64,000 nucleotides of DNA from Octopus vulgaris (taxonomy: Eukaryota): contig OX597823.1 in the NCBI GenBank assembly GCA_951406725.2, forward strand, positions 86,056,001 to 86,120,000, given 5' to 3'. The position numbers and the translations under genes were made by a program. This document shows, one piece after another, positions 60,131-64,000 of this stretch. Below the pieces are notes generated by a model, which saw only the letters and a program-made list of their open reading frames with translations, did not search any database and was not told the origin of the DNA. The number at the start of each line of letters is the position of its first letter. Within the stretch, counting starts at the first letter, position 1.

Positions 60131-61161
60131 TAATATCAGGTTGGACCGCCTTTGCCAGTAATTACAGCTTGAATTTTACGAGGTATGGACTCGTACAAAG
60201 TTTGAATTGCTTCCAAAGGAATTTTTGTCCATTCTTCAGCTAAAACAAGTTTCCAGTTCTTGTAGTGATGATGGAGGATAACGACTCCTTAATTGTTTTT
60301 TCTAAAATGCACCATAATTATTCGATAATATTGAGATCTGGGGACTGTGGTAACCAGATAAGATGTTCAACTTCACTAGAATATTCCTCCTATCATTCAG
60401 TAACAACATTACCTGTGTGAATTGGTGCATTATCATCCTGAAAAATTGCGTTTCCCTCCGGTAATAGATCCGCAATCAATAGGATGAATTTTATTCGATA
60501 AAATGCTTAAATAGTCTTGACTATTAATTCTGCCTAGAAGAGGAACCCTTGGGCCTGCGTATTTCCAAGATATATTCCTCCAGATCATCACATATCCTCC
60601 TCCATGTTTAACAGTTGGAAAAAGGCTGTCTGGGTCAAATGCTTCTTTTGGCCTGTCACCACACGTATATTCGGTCGGTGGTCAGAAATAAGGTGAAGGA
60701 TCACTCATCCGAGAAAATAACATTCTTCCACTGAACTAGGGACCAATTCTGTAGGTTTTTACTCTACTCTAAATGCTTTTCAACGTTTGTTTTTGAAAGT
60801 AGTGATTTTCTGATTACAGCCCTCCCATGAAATCCAGCTTTGTGCAGCTTCCGGCGAACAGTTTTTGTGGAAGCTGGGTTCTCGAAGTGGTCATTAAGAC
60901 CTGTAGTAATTTTGGGAGCTGTACTTTTGTGATCCTTTTAAAAATTCGTGTGAGAGCCCGACGGTCCCTATCTGAGAATTTTGCTTTTCTTTTAGAGCTT
61001 TGTTTCGACGAGAAGGGGTGTCCCTCTTTCTCAAAGGCTGTCATTGCTTTCGAGACAGTACTTCTTGATACACCAAATATTTCGGCTGCTTTCCTTGTGC
61101 TAGTGCCTGCCATACGAGCACCACCAATTTGACTTCTTTGAAAGTCCGATAGATCTGTCAT
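60131..61161 (-). pseudogene. Degenerate Tc1 transposase
   Basis: MTDLSDFQRSQIGGARMAG..AEIFGVSRSTVSK (HTH). Later frames give W..VIFSDE, FQDDNAPIH, PQSPDLNIIE and a GGPT end. Confidence 0.85.
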
Positions 61162-61295
61162 TTTAACGAATTTTAATTACCTTTTCCTGATGATATCTGA
61201 AAAGAAACAGCAATTTTAGCAAAACATATTAAGCAACACTAGTAATAAATAAATAAAAAACGTAAAAATATACAAGCGATGAAGAATTATGAACA

Positions 61296-62311
61296 TTATT
61301 TACATTATTTACATTTGACAGATATTTGTCCTCATCTTGTTTGTTGTTAACATGTTTCGGCTGATATACCCTCCAGCCTTCAGCAGGTGTCTTGGGGGAA
61401 ATTTCGAACCTGGGTTCTCCTTCCTAAGGTATTTTTCGATGTTATTATTATTATTAGGGAATGAGAACCCAGGTTCGAAATTTCCCCAAGACACCCAATT
61501 TCTTTATTAGCCACAAGGGCCCAAACATAGAGGGGGACAATAGAGCCTGATTGGAGTCAGACACACAATGATTATATGACTTGTAAAATTTTAAAAAATA
61601 TAATGAAATCGAATAAAATCGAATGAGCTACAACAAGGACGAAATACAAACATGAGATGAAGCAGAGAGATGGCTTACGCTCCGACCCCACGAGCCCCAT
61701 TCTCCTACTGAAACTTTTATATGCAGACTTATGACATGTTCACGAGGAATCTTTCATTCCCAGCACCCTTGCAATACGCAACCATCTTTCTTTGAACATT
61801 TTCTTTGACAGGCATCTTCTTTCCAGCCTCACCTTCCTTTTAAGGTGGAAGATTAAATATCTCACCAACCCAAGACCGGAGTTGAGGTTGCCTGTCGCCA
61901 AACCATTCATTCGCGACTTCCATACCACCTCTTTCGCTATTGCTACTACTGCGAGAAAACATTGCTTACCTTCCTTCGTGAGGAAATCCGGCGGGTCAAT
62001 TTTTACGATTGACTCAGACGACAGCTGTACTCTTCCCGAACCTGACAGTAGATGTTCTGCATAAACCCACACTTCAGACACTCCCGGATACTGAACAATA
62101 GCGTGCAGGACAGTTTCTCTATCCCGTCCGCATCTTGGACAGTCGGCAGTGGTGGTTCAACCGTGTCAATGCCAGCTTATCTCGAACGGGTAAGGCTCCT
62201 CGGTAACATTGCCAGGCCAGGGATGAAGGATGGAGGGTATTTCAGCTGAGACGTTGTGTTAACAAGAAATAATATGAGAATAAATATGTCAAATGTAAAT
62301 AATGTAAATAA
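61296..62311. mobile_element. Palindromic hammerhead-bearing element split by a LINE fragment
   Basis: Left arm 61296-61427; right arm 61454-61495 plus 62222-62311. Two-arm consensus ACAC-CUGAUGA-A-GGCUG..CAGCC-GAA-ACGU-U-GUGU; each arm is individually degenerate. Confidence 0.6.
61497..62221 (-). mobile_element. L1/Tx1-type LINE 3' fragment
   Basis: CPRCGRDRETVLHAIVQY zinc-knuckle remnant followed by ..IAKEVVWKSR..FKERW; 3' UTR ends in AATAAAGAAAA. Confidence 0.75.
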
Positions 62312-62386
62312 GCTTTTGAAAGTTCTATAGATATTTCAACATTATGATGCTATGATGCTAGGTGTTTCCATTATTATGTCCAACTC

Positions 62387-62431
<45 letters not shown>

Positions 62432-62436
<5 letters not shown>

Positions 62437-63994
62437 TATTATAAAAGGCAGATTTTATCTGCCTCCCTTTGGGAGTTATACAAATCTACAATATAGGATT
62501 TCTTCAATTACAATTTACCTAGCATTTTTAAGAGTACAATGCATCGCGTCATGCCAGGTCCAGTTTTTAAAATTTAAACTCCAATTAAGCAAAATTTACA
62601 GAAAACTCACATTCTGGTGTGTGTGTCAAATGCTTTTCTTAGTCTGGTTTACACCACACGCAAACGCACACACACAGTGTGCAACGAATAAAATGAAAGT
62701 AAATAGCGACAGAGTGATTTGAGGAAGACTAAACTGAAAGTATTTAAACCACTACTCAAAAAATAAAAAAACACAGCAAACAGAAACAAATAAATACATA
62801 ACCATTTACTCCTCACACAATTTCTTCAATTAGAATTTACCTAAGATTTTTCAGAGTACTTCAGTGGGTGATGCCATAAAAAATTTCTTTCAATTTTACC
62901 ACCAATTAAGACAAAATTCGAGAAAACTCAATATTTTAACATATCACTCCGAAAGCATTGATGTACATGTGTGCGTGCGTGAGTGTGTGTGTGTCATTCC
63001 TCACACACACGCATACACATACATATACAACTACATACAACTACATACACATACAACTACATACAAACACGTGTGTGTTTGTTATTAGTAAAAAAGGCGC
63101 CAAAACTCAACTCACTTATCATTCCAACACATTTGCAAAGACACACGGACGGACAGAAAAGGTAAATTGGTTTTTATTTTACTCTGTATATATTTTATTA
63201 TATAATATTATATATAGATATATGTATATATAATTGCAGTATGAAACAGTGTTTATGTATAAAGAGACGACACTTATATATAGTTACCAAGCCGCCCGAA
63301 TTTACCTATTCATATTTAAATGAGAATATCAGAGCAAATCTCTTTAGTACATTCGTGAAAACACGTATTATACTTCGTAAACACTTCAACTACAGTTTTG
63401 TACAAAAATCGAAGTGTAATTTTAATTCCGTGAATTATGGGAGATTTTTTTCCGAAATTTGTTCCTATTGTGTTTTCAAAATTTGTAATTCTGACAAAAA
63501 ATGGATACGAATTTCATTATATCAAGCAGCGAGTCAGAATTCGAAGGATTTTCTACTGAAGACCTTCATAAATCTAACTCTATGACTGAAAAAAAAAAGC
63601 ATCTTTATATAAGAGTGAAGTTGTGTGTCTGTCTCCTACGATTTAGATTCCTAACTACTCCCACATTTTGCGGTGCAGTTTAACCAAAAGCGGGTATCTT
63701 ATAGTCGTGATTCATATCGAGCCCTTCTGGGTATTAGCGTGCGTCTACGATGAGTCTACGATTTAAAAAAAAATTACCATCATATTTTTCCATTTTAATG
63801 CATTTTTTCGCTTTTATATAAGGGAAGTAACTCTCTAAAAATATCTACGATGTGTCAACGATTTAAAAAAAAATTTACCTTAATTTTTTTTCAATTTTTA
63901 ATGCATTTTTTGCTATTTTTTGGCTATAACTCTCTAAAAATGCTTATATAGTTATTTCCCTTACAACCCGAGCAACGCCGGGCGATACTGCTAG
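62432..63994 (+). mobile_element. Non-autonomous Helitron
   Basis: 5' A|TC(TCTTATTATAAAAG); 3' hairpin CCCG-AGCAACGC-CGGG followed by CTAG|T; inserted at an AT in a TA tract, no TSD. Confidence 0.75.
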
Positions 63995-64000
63995 TATATA

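Larger units (their letters stand above)
60079..62389 (-). mobile_element. Tc1-family transposon carrying nested insertions
   Basis: Imperfect TIRs CAGGTGTTGAACAAATAAACGGTAACACCT / AGGTGTTTCCATTATTATGTCCAACTCCTG with TA flanks. Confidence 0.85.

Overview
AT-rich, microsatellite-dense eukaryotic non-coding DNA (intronic or intergenic). The repeat families resemble those I recall from octopus (coleoid cephalopod) genomes; this is inference, not a database result. No host gene is confidently identifiable, and nearly all ORFs in the track are translations of simple repeats. The window holds dozens of tRNA-derived SINE copies from at least three or four families. It also holds three TIR-bounded Tc1/mariner elements with TA target duplications, further transposase remnants, RTE, Tx1/L1 and R4/Dong-like LINE 3' fragments, a non-autonomous Helitron and several foldback elements. 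The main unexplained signal is a dense set of minimal type I hammerhead ribozyme motifs, from about eight sequence-unrelated families, on non-coding elements that mostly sit in or against (TA)n tracts. One is a 546-bp head-to-tail repeat with one intact hammerhead per unit (retrozyme-like, predicting a 546-nt self-excised RNA). Others are inverted-arm-plus-tail elements resembling non-autonomous Penelope-like elements. All folds were read by eye and none has been tested for activity.
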